Notes: a model not told the origin generated them from the letters alone. Positions 41,601 through 52,564 are shown, counted from the first letter of the stretch. The stretch: DNA of 64,000 nucleotides from Cyanobacteria bacterium P01_A01_bin.123 (GCA_039815185.1 JBCBZT010000004.1:182022-246021), one strand, 5' to 3'. A program made the numbers and translations.

Positions 41601-42896
41601 ATGAAAATTGCGATTGTAGTCTTCCAGTTCCCTGTTATTTCCCACTCATTTATCCTTAACCTAATTGCAGGTTTAATTGATCTAGGACATGACGTGCATA
41701 TACATGCCATAGAGTCGAAATCGCCCTCAGATGCTGCTATGCATGCTATTGTCAGTAATTATCAGCTAATTGCAAAAACCCGCTACCCATCTTCAGCTAG
41801 TGGCGGAAAACTGAGTCGAACTTTAAACTTGATCCGTCAGATTTTGGGTAATCTCAATCGTGGATCATTAGCTTGCCTGGCGGTATTAGATATACGGCAA
41901 CCTAAGTATTCTTTGGTGCTTCTGAGAAAGGCGCTTTCATTATTGCATCGCCCCCAATATGACATCATTCATGCTCAATTTGGGTATGAGGGAATTGCCA
42001 GCCTTAAGTTTTGGCAGCTAGGTTTGCTCCAAGGAAAGTTAATCACAACGTTTAGAGGGCACGATATTACAGGTTTTTTACAGCATGGAGCGCGGCTAAA
42101 TCCTTATCAGTCTTTATTCAAATATGGAAACTACTTCCTTACAAATTCTCACTTTTTCAGACAGCGAGTGATTGAGTTGGGATGTCCTGCTGACAAAGTT
42201 CAGGTGTTGTATTCTGGTGTTGATTGCCAAAAATTTAAATACCGGGTTCCAGTATTTAAACCTGGGCAGTCGATTCAAGTGGTGACAATCGGGAGATTGG
42301 TAGAAAAGAAGGGCATAGCGTATTGTATCCAGGCAGTGGCCAAGCTCATCCAACAGGGGCGTAAGTTGCGCTACCTGATTATTGGAGATGGTCCGCTCAA
42401 GGCCGATTTAACCGAGTTGATTCAGACGTTGGGCATGGAAGATGTGATTTTGCTCATGGGAGCTAAACCCCAGTGTGAAATCCTAGAAATTTTGAAGTCG
42501 TCTCATTTATTTGTTGCTGCTAGTACTACAGCCGCTGATGGTGACCAAGATGGTCCAGTCAATACGCTGAAGGAAGCGATGGCTGTGGGCTTGCCTGTGA
42601 TTGGTACTGATCACGGCGGTATTCCAGAACTCATCGAATCCGAGGTATCGGGTTTCTTAGTACCGGAGAAAGATGTAGATGCGATCGCAGCCCAACTCGA
42701 TTACTTAATGGCCCAGCCTGAACGTTGGCCCATCCTGAGTCAGCAGGCCCGGCAAAAAGTTGAACACAACTTTGCCATGGAGCAGGTAAATCGGCAGCTT
42801 GCTGATATTTATCGCCTCAGGCTTACTGCAAGTCCTCTGTCTATGGCAAAGACCATGGATGGTTCATATTCTAACTTGGCGTCTATGCTCAAATAG
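41601..42896 (+). CDS. Glycosyltransferase family 4 (WcaL-like)
   Basis: HAQFG, TFRGHD, IGRLVEKKG, DG.V..LKEAMAVGLPVIGTDHGGIPEL. Confidence 0.93.
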   Translation: MKIAIVVFQFPVISHSFILNLIAGLIDLGHDVHIHAIESKSPSDAAMHAIVSNYQLIAKTRYPSSASGGKLSRTLNLIRQILGNLNRGSLACLAVLDIRQPKYSLVLLRKALSLLHRPQYDIIHAQFGYEGIASLKFWQLGLLQGKLITTFRGHDITGFLQHGARLNPYQSLFKYGNYFLTNSHFFRQRVIELGCPADKVQVLYSGVDCQKFKYRVPVFKPGQSIQVVTIGRLVEKKGIAYCIQAVAKLIQQGRKLRYLIIGDGPLKADLTELIQTLGMEDVILLMGAKPQCEILEILKSSHLFVAASTTAADGDQDGPVNTLKEAMAVGLPVIGTDHGGIPELIESEVSGFLVPEKDVDAIAAQLDYLMAQPERWPILSQQARQKVEHNFAMEQVNRQLADIYRLRLTASPLSMAKTMDGSYSNLASMLK

Positions 42897-42970
42897 TATA
42901 GGCAGTCGGCTTCGCACATGTTCCAGTAGACTTTCAAGCTGTGCCGCAAGAAATAAGGATTTAGCCACCT

Positions 42971-44131
42971 ATGACTACCAGTTCTGAGCTTAAGAACCGA
43001 AGGAACTTGCTAAAGTTTGGAAGCGATCGTTCCCTTGAACAATTCCATCGAACTAACCTCAAGATTGCGGCTTGGCCCGCCTATAGTTACCGCGAGAAGA
43101 ACCCTTACACTAGCTTGCTTTACGAAGCAATTGAGGAGGGAGGTGAGGTGCAAATTTCAGAATTCAAGGTGCGACAAGCATTAGCACAACCGTATGATCT
43201 GCTGCATGTTCACTGGCCTGACATCGTGCTCAAAGGAGTACCGATTTGGAAAGCCTATGTTTATGTGATTAAACTTTTTCTTGTGTTTTCTTGGCTTAAG
43301 TTGCGTGGTACAAAGCTAATCTGGACGATTCATAATCTTAAGTCTCACGAACAAAATTTTCCTCTATTAGAGCACTGGTTTATGAGTTGGTTCATTGATT
43401 GTGTAGATGGCGTAATTGCGCTGAGCCGCCCAGCTTTGATGGCAGCTGTGGAGTGCCATCCTAAACTACATTGTAAACCGTCAGTAGTTACCCCCCACGG
43501 CCATTACAAAACTATTTATCCCAATCATATTAATCAAGTTGAATCGAGGAAAACTTTTAACTTACAAGAAACTGGTGACTTCGTCTGTTTATTTTTAGGA
43601 CAGATTAGAACCTATAAAAATGTGCCCCATCTAATTCACTGTTTTAGATCTCTGAATCAAGAGAATATTCGCTTAATTGTGGCAGGCAAACCGGATTCTG
43701 AAACGCTGAAGCAATGTTTGATTGAAGCTGCGGGGGGCGATCGCAGAATTCAGCTTAACCTCGAGTTCATCCCCGACCAAGATGTGCAGCGATTTATGAA
43801 TGCGGCAGATCTGGTTGTGTTACCTTACCAGGAAATTTTGAATTCTGGCAGTGCCGTCTTGGCTTTGTCGTTTAATAAGCCTTTATTAGTGCCCGATCGG
43901 GGGTCGTTTATCGATCTAAAAGCAAGTGTAGGTCAAGATTGGCTCTTAACTTATACTGGAGAACTCACCGCCACTGATTTAGAGCAAGCCGTTCAGTGGG
44001 CAACTGGCAAAAACCGCTCAACAGCTCCCCTATCAAATTTAGAATGGGACACCATTGCCCAGCAAACAATTCAGTTCTATCGTCAGGTTTTGATGCCCAC
44101 CCCTATGGTTCAGGAGTCATGCAATGGCTAA
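42971..44131 (+). CDS. Glycosyltransferase family 4
   Basis: NPYT.LLY, HVHWP, WTIHN..SHE, PHGHY, LGQIRTYKN, VVLPY..ILNSG. Confidence 0.9.
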   Translation: MTTSSELKNRRNLLKFGSDRSLEQFHRTNLKIAAWPAYSYREKNPYTSLLYEAIEEGGEVQISEFKVRQALAQPYDLLHVHWPDIVLKGVPIWKAYVYVIKLFLVFSWLKLRGTKLIWTIHNLKSHEQNFPLLEHWFMSWFIDCVDGVIALSRPALMAAVECHPKLHCKPSVVTPHGHYKTIYPNHINQVESRKTFNLQETGDFVCLFLGQIRTYKNVPHLIHCFRSLNQENIRLIVAGKPDSETLKQCLIEAAGGDRRIQLNLEFIPDQDVQRFMNAADLVVLPYQEILNSGSAVLALSFNKPLLVPDRGSFIDLKASVGQDWLLTYTGELTATDLEQAVQWATGKNRSTAPLSNLEWDTIAQQTIQFYRQVLMPTPMVQESCNG

Positions 44132-45074
44132 GGTTTCGATTGTGGTTCCCTGCTACAATGCGCGGGCATTTTTGCCAACAACCCTAGAAAGTATCCGGCA
44201 GCAAACCTTTGACGGCTATGAAATTATCGTGGTCGATGATGGCAGCACAGATGGCACCGCAGAATGGCTAGCCCAACACAATGATCCTAAACTGCGGGTC
44301 TTGAGCCAGCCCAACCAGGGATGTTCAACGGCACGAAACCTGGGTATTGCCCAAGCCACGGGGGACTACATCGCCTTTTTAGACGCCGATGATCTGTGGC
44401 ATCCCACGAAGTTGGAAAAGCAAGTCCGCTGCCTTGATGGGAATCCCCAAGTGGCGCTGGTCAACACGGGTATTACCAACATTGATCAGCAGGGTAACCC
44501 GCTCAAGGGCGACTATTTGCCCAATGAGGCTGATAGTAACTGGCCCAACATCCTCCTGGAGAATCCGATTCACTGCGGCAGTGTTCCCCTGGTCAGGCGA
44601 TCTTGCTTTGAACAATTAGGGGACTTTGATACCCATCTAAAATCGGCAGAAGACTGGGACATGTGGATTCGGATTGCGGCAAATTTTCAGATTGCCACCC
44701 TGGCGGAACATTTAGTCTACTATCGGATTCATCCTGGAAGTAAGTCCCATCGCTTGCAGTTTCACCTCGATAGCCGTATTGCCGTGATTGAAAAGGCGTT
44801 TAGTACCGTCCCTGACGCTTTGCTTCCGCTGAAGTCAGTGGCACTAGGGCGGGCCTATTTGTCAGTCGCGTGGAAACCTTTGATTAACGATGACTACGAT
44901 ACGGCTATGGCGTTGCGGCATCAGGCAGTTCAACATGATCTGACATTGCGATCAACGCAAAATTATCGGCGGCTGGGGTGGATTGTTACCCTGCGCCGAT
45001 TACTGGGACGGAGTACCTACGATGCGTTCTTAAAGTTAGGCCGAAGTTTGAAACAGCGATTGAGTCTGGCCTAA
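44124..45074 (+). CDS. Glycosyltransferase family 2
   Basis: VSIVVPCYN, VDDGSTD, FLDADD, EDWDMW. Confidence 0.95.
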   Translation: MAKVSIVVPCYNARAFLPTTLESIRQQTFDGYEIIVVDDGSTDGTAEWLAQHNDPKLRVLSQPNQGCSTARNLGIAQATGDYIAFLDADDLWHPTKLEKQVRCLDGNPQVALVNTGITNIDQQGNPLKGDYLPNEADSNWPNILLENPIHCGSVPLVRRSCFEQLGDFDTHLKSAEDWDMWIRIAANFQIATLAEHLVYYRIHPGSKSHRLQFHLDSRIAVIEKAFSTVPDALLPLKSVALGRAYLSVAWKPLINDDYDTAMALRHQAVQHDLTLRSTQNYRRLGWIVTLRRLLGRSTYDAFLKLGRSLKQRLSLA

Positions 45075-45132
45075 GTTAATTATCCTTGATGGATTGGTAC
45101 GTGTGACTTGAAGACACTTTATTCAATGACCT

Positions 45133-46137
45133 ATGACTGTTACTGAACCACTCGTTAGTGTAATTATTCCCACCTATAATCGACCGTCGTTTCTCAAAGC
45201 GGCGATCGCGGGTGCCTTGGCCCAAACTTACACCAATATCGAAGTGTTTGTCTCAGACGATTGCAGTCCAGAAAGCCCAGAAGACCTGATTCGTAGCTTT
45301 GGCGATCCTCGAATTCGATTTCAACGAAATCCTAAAAACTTGGGGATGTATTTGAATACTGTGAACACGTTCAAGGCAGCTCGTGGCAAGTATGTGGCCA
45401 GTTTGAACGATGATGACGTTTGGCAACCGGACTTCTTAGCTAAATTGATCCCGGCCCTAGAGGCCGACTCGACTCTCGCCCTCGCGTTTTGTGACCAGTA
45501 CATTATTGACCAAGCGGGTGAGGTAGACGAGGCTGCTACAGCCCATTTTTCTCGCCGTTGGAAACGATTACGGCTAAAACAGGGCGTATATCGCCCCTTT
45601 TATCGTGAAGGTTTGGTGGATCTGGCCGTGGCGACAGCCTCTGCCGCCGTGTTGCGAAAAGACGCAATTAATTGGGCTGAGCATTCCCCAAACGCTGGTG
45701 TGTTTTGGGATCTCTACACGACTTTTCTCGCTTGCCGCAATGGCGCCGGAGCCTACTATTGCCCTGAGAAGTTGACCTGTTACCGTATTCATCCTCAGTC
45801 AGAAAATGTGGTCAGTGGTCACCGCGATGTTCAAGCTAAATTGCGCAAGGGGGAAGCGGGAAGATTTTGCTATGGCCAGTTTATGGCTGAACCCGCTTTT
45901 AAGACGTATCAAGGCTTTTTTAAGCGGGAGTGGGCCCATGCCACAACCACCCTGGGCATTGCCCACTTGCGCTCAGGCGATCGCGTCCAGGCTAGAGCCT
46001 ATCTGTGGGAATCCTGGCGTCATCAGCCCTTGAATTTGCGCACCGCGATCGCCTTAACCCTCAGCTTAATGCCGTCTTCCCTCGGCAGTGCTGCCGCTGC
46101 TCTGCGTAATCCTAATCTATTTTCTAAAGCCCGCTAG
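45133..46137 (+). CDS. Glycosyltransferase family 2
   Basis: VSVIIPTYNR, SDDCS, LNDDD. Confidence 0.95.
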   Translation: MTVTEPLVSVIIPTYNRPSFLKAAIAGALAQTYTNIEVFVSDDCSPESPEDLIRSFGDPRIRFQRNPKNLGMYLNTVNTFKAARGKYVASLNDDDVWQPDFLAKLIPALEADSTLALAFCDQYIIDQAGEVDEAATAHFSRRWKRLRLKQGVYRPFYREGLVDLAVATASAAVLRKDAINWAEHSPNAGVFWDLYTTFLACRNGAGAYYCPEKLTCYRIHPQSENVVSGHRDVQAKLRKGEAGRFCYGQFMAEPAFKTYQGFFKREWAHATTTLGIAHLRSGDRVQARAYLWESWRHQPLNLRTAIALTLSLMPSSLGSAAAALRNPNLFSKAR

Positions 46138-46783
46138 CCGATAAAAAATCTGACACCAGAAGCCCGTGTTGCCAATCTTCCCTTCTATGATACTGAGACT
46201 TCAAAGATCACATTCACTATTATCATCTCACACTGGTTTAGCAACCCTGAATTTTCCCTAGGCAGACTCTATTAAAGACTTGGTCTTGAACTTTAGATCA
46301 GTTTTCTGACACTAATGAGCCCCCTGTGTTCTCGACAGAACACGGGGGGCTTCAAACCTATGAGCATATATTTGAAGCGTTAAAACATCAATATTCGGAT
46401 TTTTCAAACATCCTATCAGTATTCCTCAAGCGGAATTTTGAGCTGCCAATTGACTTAATTCTGCCTATTAGGTTTAGGATGCCCAACAGGATTGCCAAAC
46501 TTAGAAGCCATTCGTCTCATTATTAAGTGGATAAGCTCATAATATCGATATCGATCAACACATTATTTACCATCAATACACACAGGCTTTTAATCAAGTA
46601 ACAGATAAACTAGGTTCTAGCGTTGTTCAGGTTTTACTGATGAGAATAAACCTCATCATATTTGGAGTATTTTAAGAACACCAAAGGGGTGCACTAAATT
46701 CGATACATTATTGTTCGAAGATACTGTAGCTACTGTTACCGCTACTCCCAAAGCACGATTAATTTTGAGTTTGGTTAGATCCC

Positions 46784-47809
46784 ATGAAGATGTCAGTATT
46801 ATCGCCCACCACTTTGGATACCTATCCTGCTACAGATCGATGGGGAATAGAAGATGCTGTGATGGGGTTTACCCAGCAGACTACGAATCGATTCACACAA
46901 GTTGCAATGCCACTTGTGTCAGTTGTGATTCCAGTTTTTAATGATGGCGATGCGCTTACTTTTTGCCTAGCTGCGCTAATGGCCCAAACATACCCAAAAG
47001 ATCGCTACGAAATCATCGTAGTGGATAATGGATCCCAGGAGGATATTCAAAGTATCCTCAGGGATTTTGGGAATGTTGTGTTGGCTCATGAAACTTGCCC
47101 AAGCTCTCACGCGGCACGCAATCGAGGCATTGCATTAGCCAAGGGTGAAATTATTGCTTTTGTAGATGCTGACTGCATTCCTGCACTTGATTGGCTCGCT
47201 AATGGGGTAAAGCGCCTGACTCAAACGCCTAACTGCGGTTTGGTAGCAGGCAAGGTTGAGTTTTTCTTTGAATGTGCACAGCAGCCAACCGTAGCTGAAC
47301 TGTACGACAGCATGACGTTTCTTCAGCAGGAAAAACATATTGAAGAAGCTGGCTGGGGCGCGACCGCAAACCTCATGACTTTTAAGCACATTATCGAGTC
47401 AGTCGGTCATTTTGACCCCACTTTGACATCTATCGGGGATGTTGAATGGGGACGGCGGGTGACTACCCAGGGATATCAAGCAGCCTATGCTGAGAGTAGC
47501 TGTGTGTACTATCCGGCGAGGCCTACCTTAAAGGCGGTTTATGAAAAAATCCGTCGCATTGAAGGGAGTCGCTTTCAAGCTCAAATTGGCAGTCGGCTAA
47601 GTCTTTACGCTTTCGCAATTGGGATATTCAAGATTTGGATGCGATTGAGACCCCCTTTACGCTCAGCTACCTACAAGTCTTTCTTAGAGCCCCGATTCGA
47701 GAAACCTCAGCACAAAATCCAAGTCTTTTTGTTTATCACTGGGGTTCACTATGCCGTGGTAGTTGAACTATGTCGGATTTTGCTGGGAGGGGAGCCACGA
47801 AGCGCGTAA
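46784..47809 (+). CDS. Glycosyltransferase family 2 (start may be the downstream ATG of MPLVSVV)
   Basis: VSVVIPVFN, VDNGS, ARNRG, FVDADC, GDVEW. Confidence 0.9.
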   Translation: MKMSVLSPTTLDTYPATDRWGIEDAVMGFTQQTTNRFTQVAMPLVSVVIPVFNDGDALTFCLAALMAQTYPKDRYEIIVVDNGSQEDIQSILRDFGNVVLAHETCPSSHAARNRGIALAKGEIIAFVDADCIPALDWLANGVKRLTQTPNCGLVAGKVEFFFECAQQPTVAELYDSMTFLQQEKHIEEAGWGATANLMTFKHIIESVGHFDPTLTSIGDVEWGRRVTTQGYQAAYAESSCVYYPARPTLKAVYEKIRRIEGSRFQAQIGSRLSLYAFAIGIFKIWMRLRPPLRSATYKSFLEPRFEKPQHKIQVFLFITGVHYAVVVELCRILLGGEPRSA

Positions 47810-49275
47810 TGGCTTTGAGAAATGATGACTTACCGCGATTGTTTCAACCCGCGATCCCCTGGATAGCAATTTCTGTGCTGTTCTTGGTGACTGTGTTGGC
47901 GGTGATTGCGCGGGCTGGAGCGCCTTTGCGACTCCTATATCCGCTCTTGGCCGTTGCGGTGGGTCTGTTACTACATCTCCGCTATCCACTGTTGTATTTG
48001 AGCTACAACTGGTGGATTTGGTTGATGACGCCCCTGGTGCGGCGGCTGGCTGATTATTATGGTGGCGGCTACCAAGAACCCAGCATCGTGCTGTTGACGC
48101 CACCTGTGGTGTCGATGATTGCGGTGATTACTGTGACGCGATCGCTACCTCAATTGTTAACTCAGTCAGCAGCAGTTCCGTTTGTGCTTTGTACTGCCAG
48201 CGTGGGCTATGCCACCCTGATTGGTCTGCTGCAAAACGATGCGACTGGCACCATCGTGACTTTTTTGGGATGGTTACCGCCGCTGGTGTCGGGGACTTAT
48301 CTCTACATGTTGTGGCCCCACTATCCTCAGATTGCTCGCAATTTGCAACGCACTATGGTTTGGGGAGTGTTGGTGTTGGGGATTTATGGCGTTGTGCAAT
48401 ATTGGTTGGCGCCAGCGTGGGATACCTTCTGGCTGAGGAATTCTGAAAGCTTTGCCTTTGGTACCCCCGAACCTTTGGGTATTCGAGTGTGGAGCACGCT
48501 CAACTCGCCCCAGCCCTTTGGAGTTGTGATGATGGCCGGGTTACTGCTGTTGTTTAGTCGTCGTAGTGCCCTTAGTTTTGGAGCCGCTAGCGTCGGCTAT
48601 TTGTCTTTTTTACTCTGCTCAGCCCGAGCAGCCTGGTTGGGGTGGATGGGCGGCATGGTGTTTTTTTTGCCCTCCCTACGGAGCAGTTTGCAAATTCGCC
48701 TAATCGCCAGCTTGATGATGATGGTGCTGGCGGTAGTTCCCTTGACGGTAATCGAACCTTTCTCTAGCGCCATTTTGCCCAGGTTAGAAAGTCTCTCTAG
48801 CCCTAACGAAGATATTAGTTTCAACGCCCGCATGGATGCCTATGATCAGCTGTTTGGGGAAGCCTTGAGTGAAGGTGTGGGCAATGGGTTGGGCTTTGTC
48901 ATCGCAAAGGAAGGCTTTGGCAGTAACGATAGTGGGATGCTGTCACTCCTGTTTTCGTTTGGTTGGATTGGTACGCTGCCTTACGTTAGCGGCATTGCTC
49001 TCATCCTAATCAACGCGCTGAAAAATCCCCACGCTAAAAGCGACCCTTTTTTAAGTGCTAGTCGGGCCATTGTGATTGGCACCTTAGTACAGGTCGGTTT
49101 AAACGTGGTGTTTACTCGCATGATGGGCATGGTGCTATGGTCGTTTCTCGGCAGTTTGGCGGCGGCCAACCAGTATTACCGCCACCAGCATGTCCCGGAT
49201 CTAGATGCTAACCACTCCGGTACAACTGAACCCTTTACCTTCCATGACAGTGCATCAACCCTTCGAATTCGATGA
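47809..49275 (+). CDS. O-antigen ligase / Wzy-like polymerase membrane protein
   Basis: About 11 TMs; TPLVRRL.DY, RVWSTLNSP.PF, SARAAW, G.GLG...DSG; TAATG translational coupling with the upstream GT. Confidence 0.8.
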   Translation: MALRNDDLPRLFQPAIPWIAISVLFLVTVLAVIARAGAPLRLLYPLLAVAVGLLLHLRYPLLYLSYNWWIWLMTPLVRRLADYYGGGYQEPSIVLLTPPVVSMIAVITVTRSLPQLLTQSAAVPFVLCTASVGYATLIGLLQNDATGTIVTFLGWLPPLVSGTYLYMLWPHYPQIARNLQRTMVWGVLVLGIYGVVQYWLAPAWDTFWLRNSESFAFGTPEPLGIRVWSTLNSPQPFGVVMMAGLLLLFSRRSALSFGAASVGYLSFLLCSARAAWLGWMGGMVFFLPSLRSSLQIRLIASLMMMVLAVVPLTVIEPFSSAILPRLESLSSPNEDISFNARMDAYDQLFGEALSEGVGNGLGFVIAKEGFGSNDSGMLSLLFSFGWIGTLPYVSGIALILINALKNPHAKSDPFLSASRAIVIGTLVQVGLNVVFTRMMGMVLWSFLGSLAAANQYYRHQHVPDLDANHSGTTEPFTFHDSASTLRIR

Positions 49276-49293
49276 TTTTTCGAGGCGTTTACT

Positions 49294-50382
49294 ATGTCCC
49301 TTACCGCTAATGATTCAAAAACGCGATTATCCTCGATCAAACCTCGCCCTAAACTACTGCGCCTCCAGTGGATTCGGGGCACCGCAGCTATCTTGATCGT
49401 GTTGTTTCATGCGACTGAAATTAGCAACCGAAAGTTTGATCAACCCTTTTATGGCAATATTTTTTCCTGGGGAGACGGCGGCGTTGATCTCTTTTTTGTC
49501 CTGAGCGGTTTCATTGTCTGGTATGTCCATAGCCGAGACTTTCATCAACCTCAAAAGTTAGGGCCCTTTCTCCTCAAGCGGGGCATTCGAATCTATCCGC
49601 TATATTGGCTGCTAACCTTGATGATGGTAGCAGTGTATTTGGCAATTCCAGGGTTTGGTGCAGGTCACGAAACTCAACCGCTGACGATTTTAAAGTCTTT
49701 ACTGTTAATTCCAGTTGAACCTTTTCCGGTCTTAACCGTGGGCTGGTATTTGTGCCACGAAATTTTCTTCTACGGCTTTATTGCCTTATTAATTGGGCTA
49801 CGCCCCAAAATGGTTTGGCCCATTATTGGGCTTTGGTTGGGAGCGACACTGGCATTGGGGATGAGTAGCGCCTTTGGACTCCTGTCTGTGGCTCCTTCAT
49901 TTACGGTGAGTTTCTTGTTGAGCTTGCACAATCTTGAGTTTGCTTTGGGCATGGGTGTGGGTTGGTTAGTGTTGCACCGTTCGAATCAATGTCCGGGACA
50001 ACTGCTTTTGGGGGTAGGGCTCGTTGGATTTGTGTTGGCAGGTTTGATGCAGGCTTTTGGGGAAATGGCTTGGCCTACGCTGATCGCCTACGGACTACCC
50101 TCAGTGCTGATCATTTTGGGGGCAGCGGTGCTTGATTTGCAGCGGCCTTTGTTGGTACCTGGGGTGGGGGCAGCTTTAGGTGATGTTTCTTATGCCCTTT
50201 ATCTGAGTCACTATGCAGTGCTATCAGCAGTCGGAATGGTATTGACCCAAATGCCGCTTGGGGCAGGGGGCATCTTGTTAGGATTGAGTATTGGTATTGC
50301 GATCGCGATCGCAGTTGGATTTTGGCTGCATTACTATCTAGAAAAACCGATGATGAAGTGGTTAAAAAAACAGCTAATTTAG
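49294..50382 (+). CDS. Acyltransferase family 3 (ExoZ-like)
   Basis: LQWIRG.AA.LIVLFH, GVDLFFVLSGFI, RIYPLYW, W.L.HEIFFY, LGDVSYALYL.H, EKP. Confidence 0.93.
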   Translation: MSLTANDSKTRLSSIKPRPKLLRLQWIRGTAAILIVLFHATEISNRKFDQPFYGNIFSWGDGGVDLFFVLSGFIVWYVHSRDFHQPQKLGPFLLKRGIRIYPLYWLLTLMMVAVYLAIPGFGAGHETQPLTILKSLLLIPVEPFPVLTVGWYLCHEIFFYGFIALLIGLRPKMVWPIIGLWLGATLALGMSSAFGLLSVAPSFTVSFLLSLHNLEFALGMGVGWLVLHRSNQCPGQLLLGVGLVGFVLAGLMQAFGEMAWPTLIAYGLPSVLIILGAAVLDLQRPLLVPGVGAALGDVSYALYLSHYAVLSAVGMVLTQMPLGAGGILLGLSIGIAIAIAVGFWLHYYLEKPMMKWLKKQLI

Positions 50383-50434
50383 ATCTTTTGAGAGTCTGTT
50401 ACTCACCCGATTGATTGTTGCTAAATAATCTAAT

Positions 50435-51736
50435 GTGATGTTGTTTCCAACCCTCAACTCCAAAAGTCAACGCTATCGCTATTTGATTTTAGGGGCGATC
50501 GCAGCCTTAATCTTGTTGTTAACGACAACTACGAGCAGCTCTGGGCAACGCAGTGAACAAGCGCACGCGGCGGATAACTTTATCGACATGATTGGTGTTG
50601 TAACTCACCTGAGATATTTAGACACAGCCTATAAAAACTACGACGATATTATTAAACCCCGACTGCAAGAACTGGGCCTCCGCCATATTCGCGACGGGCT
50701 TTCCCTAGAAGATGAAACCAGCCGCAATAAAGTGCTCGACCTAGGCGAAAGCGGCATTCACGCTACCTTGGTGATGGATCCGCGTTGGATCAAAACGCCT
50801 GAAAATGCGGTTGCCCTGGTCAAGGCGGCAGCACCTGCTGTTGAGGCCGTAGAAGGGCCCAATGAGTGGGACGTTTGGCCTGATTTAACCTACAAGGGGA
50901 ATTCTTTCCCGGCTGGGCTCAAACAGTTTCAGGCAGAACTATACGAAGCCCTCAAGCAAGACCCCGATACGGCTGAGGTAGCTGTCCTGAGTCCTGCAAT
51001 CGCCCACTGGTGGAACGCCCCTAAGGTGGGGCGTGTTTCCTGTGACTTTGGCACCATGCATAGCTACGCTGGGGGCAAGTTGCCCAGTACTCGTAAGCTA
51101 GACACGAACTGGATTCCCTCCGCTAGGTTGCTGTGTCCTGATCAACCGATTGTGGCGACCGAGACCGGATGGCACAACGCCGTTGACCACACTAACGCGC
51201 CCCAGCCCGGAATTTCAGAAGCGGCCAGTGGCAAATATATCCCCCGACTTTATTTGGAGTATTTCAACCGCCAAATTAAGCGTGCCTTCACGTACGAATT
51301 GATCAACGAGTGGACTAGAGATAACCAAGAGAGCAACTTTGGTCTGCTGCGCTATGATGGCTCCCGCAAACCCGCTTTTGTGGCCCTGCGTAACTTAATT
51401 GACTTGCTCGCAGATCCGGGCGATGCATTCACCCCCGACGCGTTGAACTATACCCTCAGTGGCAACCTCGATCGGGTGCACCACACTTTGCTGCAAAAGC
51501 GCGATCGCCGTTTCTATCTTGTCCTTTGGCAAGAGGTGTCTAGCTTCAACTTAGAAACCAAGCGCGATACCGCTGTGGGCGATCGCCCCCTGACGCTTAC
51601 CCTGGATACGCCAGCGGCCGAGGTCAAGACGTATCGTCCGGTCACCGCTGCTACACCCCTAACTCAAGAAACCAACCTTGATCGGCTGGAACTCAACGTC
51701 CCTGATCACCCTCTAGTAATTGAGATGTCCTTTTAG
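50435..51736 (+). CDS. Exported glycoside-hydrolase-like protein (clan GH-A TIM barrel)
   Basis: Signal/anchor sequence; VEGPNEWD (acid/base-like) and IVATETGW (nucleophile-like); FGLLR.DGS.KPA. Confidence 0.7.
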   Translation: MMLFPTLNSKSQRYRYLILGAIAALILLLTTTTSSSGQRSEQAHAADNFIDMIGVVTHLRYLDTAYKNYDDIIKPRLQELGLRHIRDGLSLEDETSRNKVLDLGESGIHATLVMDPRWIKTPENAVALVKAAAPAVEAVEGPNEWDVWPDLTYKGNSFPAGLKQFQAELYEALKQDPDTAEVAVLSPAIAHWWNAPKVGRVSCDFGTMHSYAGGKLPSTRKLDTNWIPSARLLCPDQPIVATETGWHNAVDHTNAPQPGISEAASGKYIPRLYLEYFNRQIKRAFTYELINEWTRDNQESNFGLLRYDGSRKPAFVALRNLIDLLADPGDAFTPDALNYTLSGNLDRVHHTLLQKRDRRFYLVLWQEVSSFNLETKRDTAVGDRPLTLTLDTPAAEVKTYRPVTAATPLTQETNLDRLELNVPDHPLVIEMSF

Positions 51737-51785
51737 CCGTGCTGGTCATTGAGTCATGTCCTTGCCCCCTTACCCTTGAAGACCT

Positions 51786-52412
51786 ATGACTGTTGCAGAG
51801 AAATCCGGTTCCTATGACATAGCCTCGAAAACGGTTGCCCCTTCAAACAACCGGCACCGTCCTAGTGCTGGCCTATCTTGGCAGCGTCGGATAAAAACAC
51901 AAATTGACATCTTCAACGCCCATAGCATCAACTTACTCTCTAACTTATTGGGCAACGACTGGCTGAGCTGCTGGCTACGCAAACACCTGCTAAGTCTGCT
52001 GGGTAACCAATGGGGATCCGCCACAGTCATCAAAACCGGGGGATATTTCTGCGGTGGGCGACTCAAAACCGGCCATCAGTGCCATATCAATCACGGCTGT
52101 TACTTCGACTTCACTGGCCCCATCACTTTTGGCAGCCATGTTGTCGTCGGCCACGGCGTTACTTTTGTCACGGCTCACCACGCCTTACAGTCCAGCTCTC
52201 GTCGTGCTGGCCCCGTCGAAGCAAAAGGCATTACCGTTGGTGACGGCGTCTGGATTGGTGCCAATGCGACCCTCCTGCCCGATGTCACGATCGGCTCTGG
52301 GGCAGTTATTGGTGCGGGGGCCGTCGTTACCCGCTCAATTCCGGCGAATGTGGTAGTCGCAGGCGTGCCAGCTAAGGTAATTCGGATTTTGGAAGCAGCT
52401 GGGGAGTATTAA
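51786..52412 (+). CDS. Hexapeptide-repeat O-acetyltransferase
   Basis: VGDGVWIGANATLLP.VTIG.GAVIGAGAVV...VAGVPA. Confidence 0.93.
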   Translation: MTVAEKSGSYDIASKTVAPSNNRHRPSAGLSWQRRIKTQIDIFNAHSINLLSNLLGNDWLSCWLRKHLLSLLGNQWGSATVIKTGGYFCGGRLKTGHQCHINHGCYFDFTGPITFGSHVVVGHGVTFVTAHHALQSSSRRAGPVEAKGITVGDGVWIGANATLLPDVTIGSGAVIGAGAVVTRSIPANVVVAGVPAKVIRILEAAGEY

Positions 52413-52564
52413 TCAGGCGGCAACGGAGAGATACAGGTGTGTTCAACCTGACACATTTCGTTTAAATCGAAACCTCAACGGATTACCTTTCGACTGTTTC
52501 AGATTCAGACCCACAGAACACTCGGTTAATTTATCGTCTAGTTCATCAACGAGTTGTACACATC

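Noticed and set aside
46326..46526. 66-aa ORF in the AT-rich gap inside the EPS locus
   Set aside because: GTG start, no recognisable motif or signal peptide; probably a non-coding internal promoter region.
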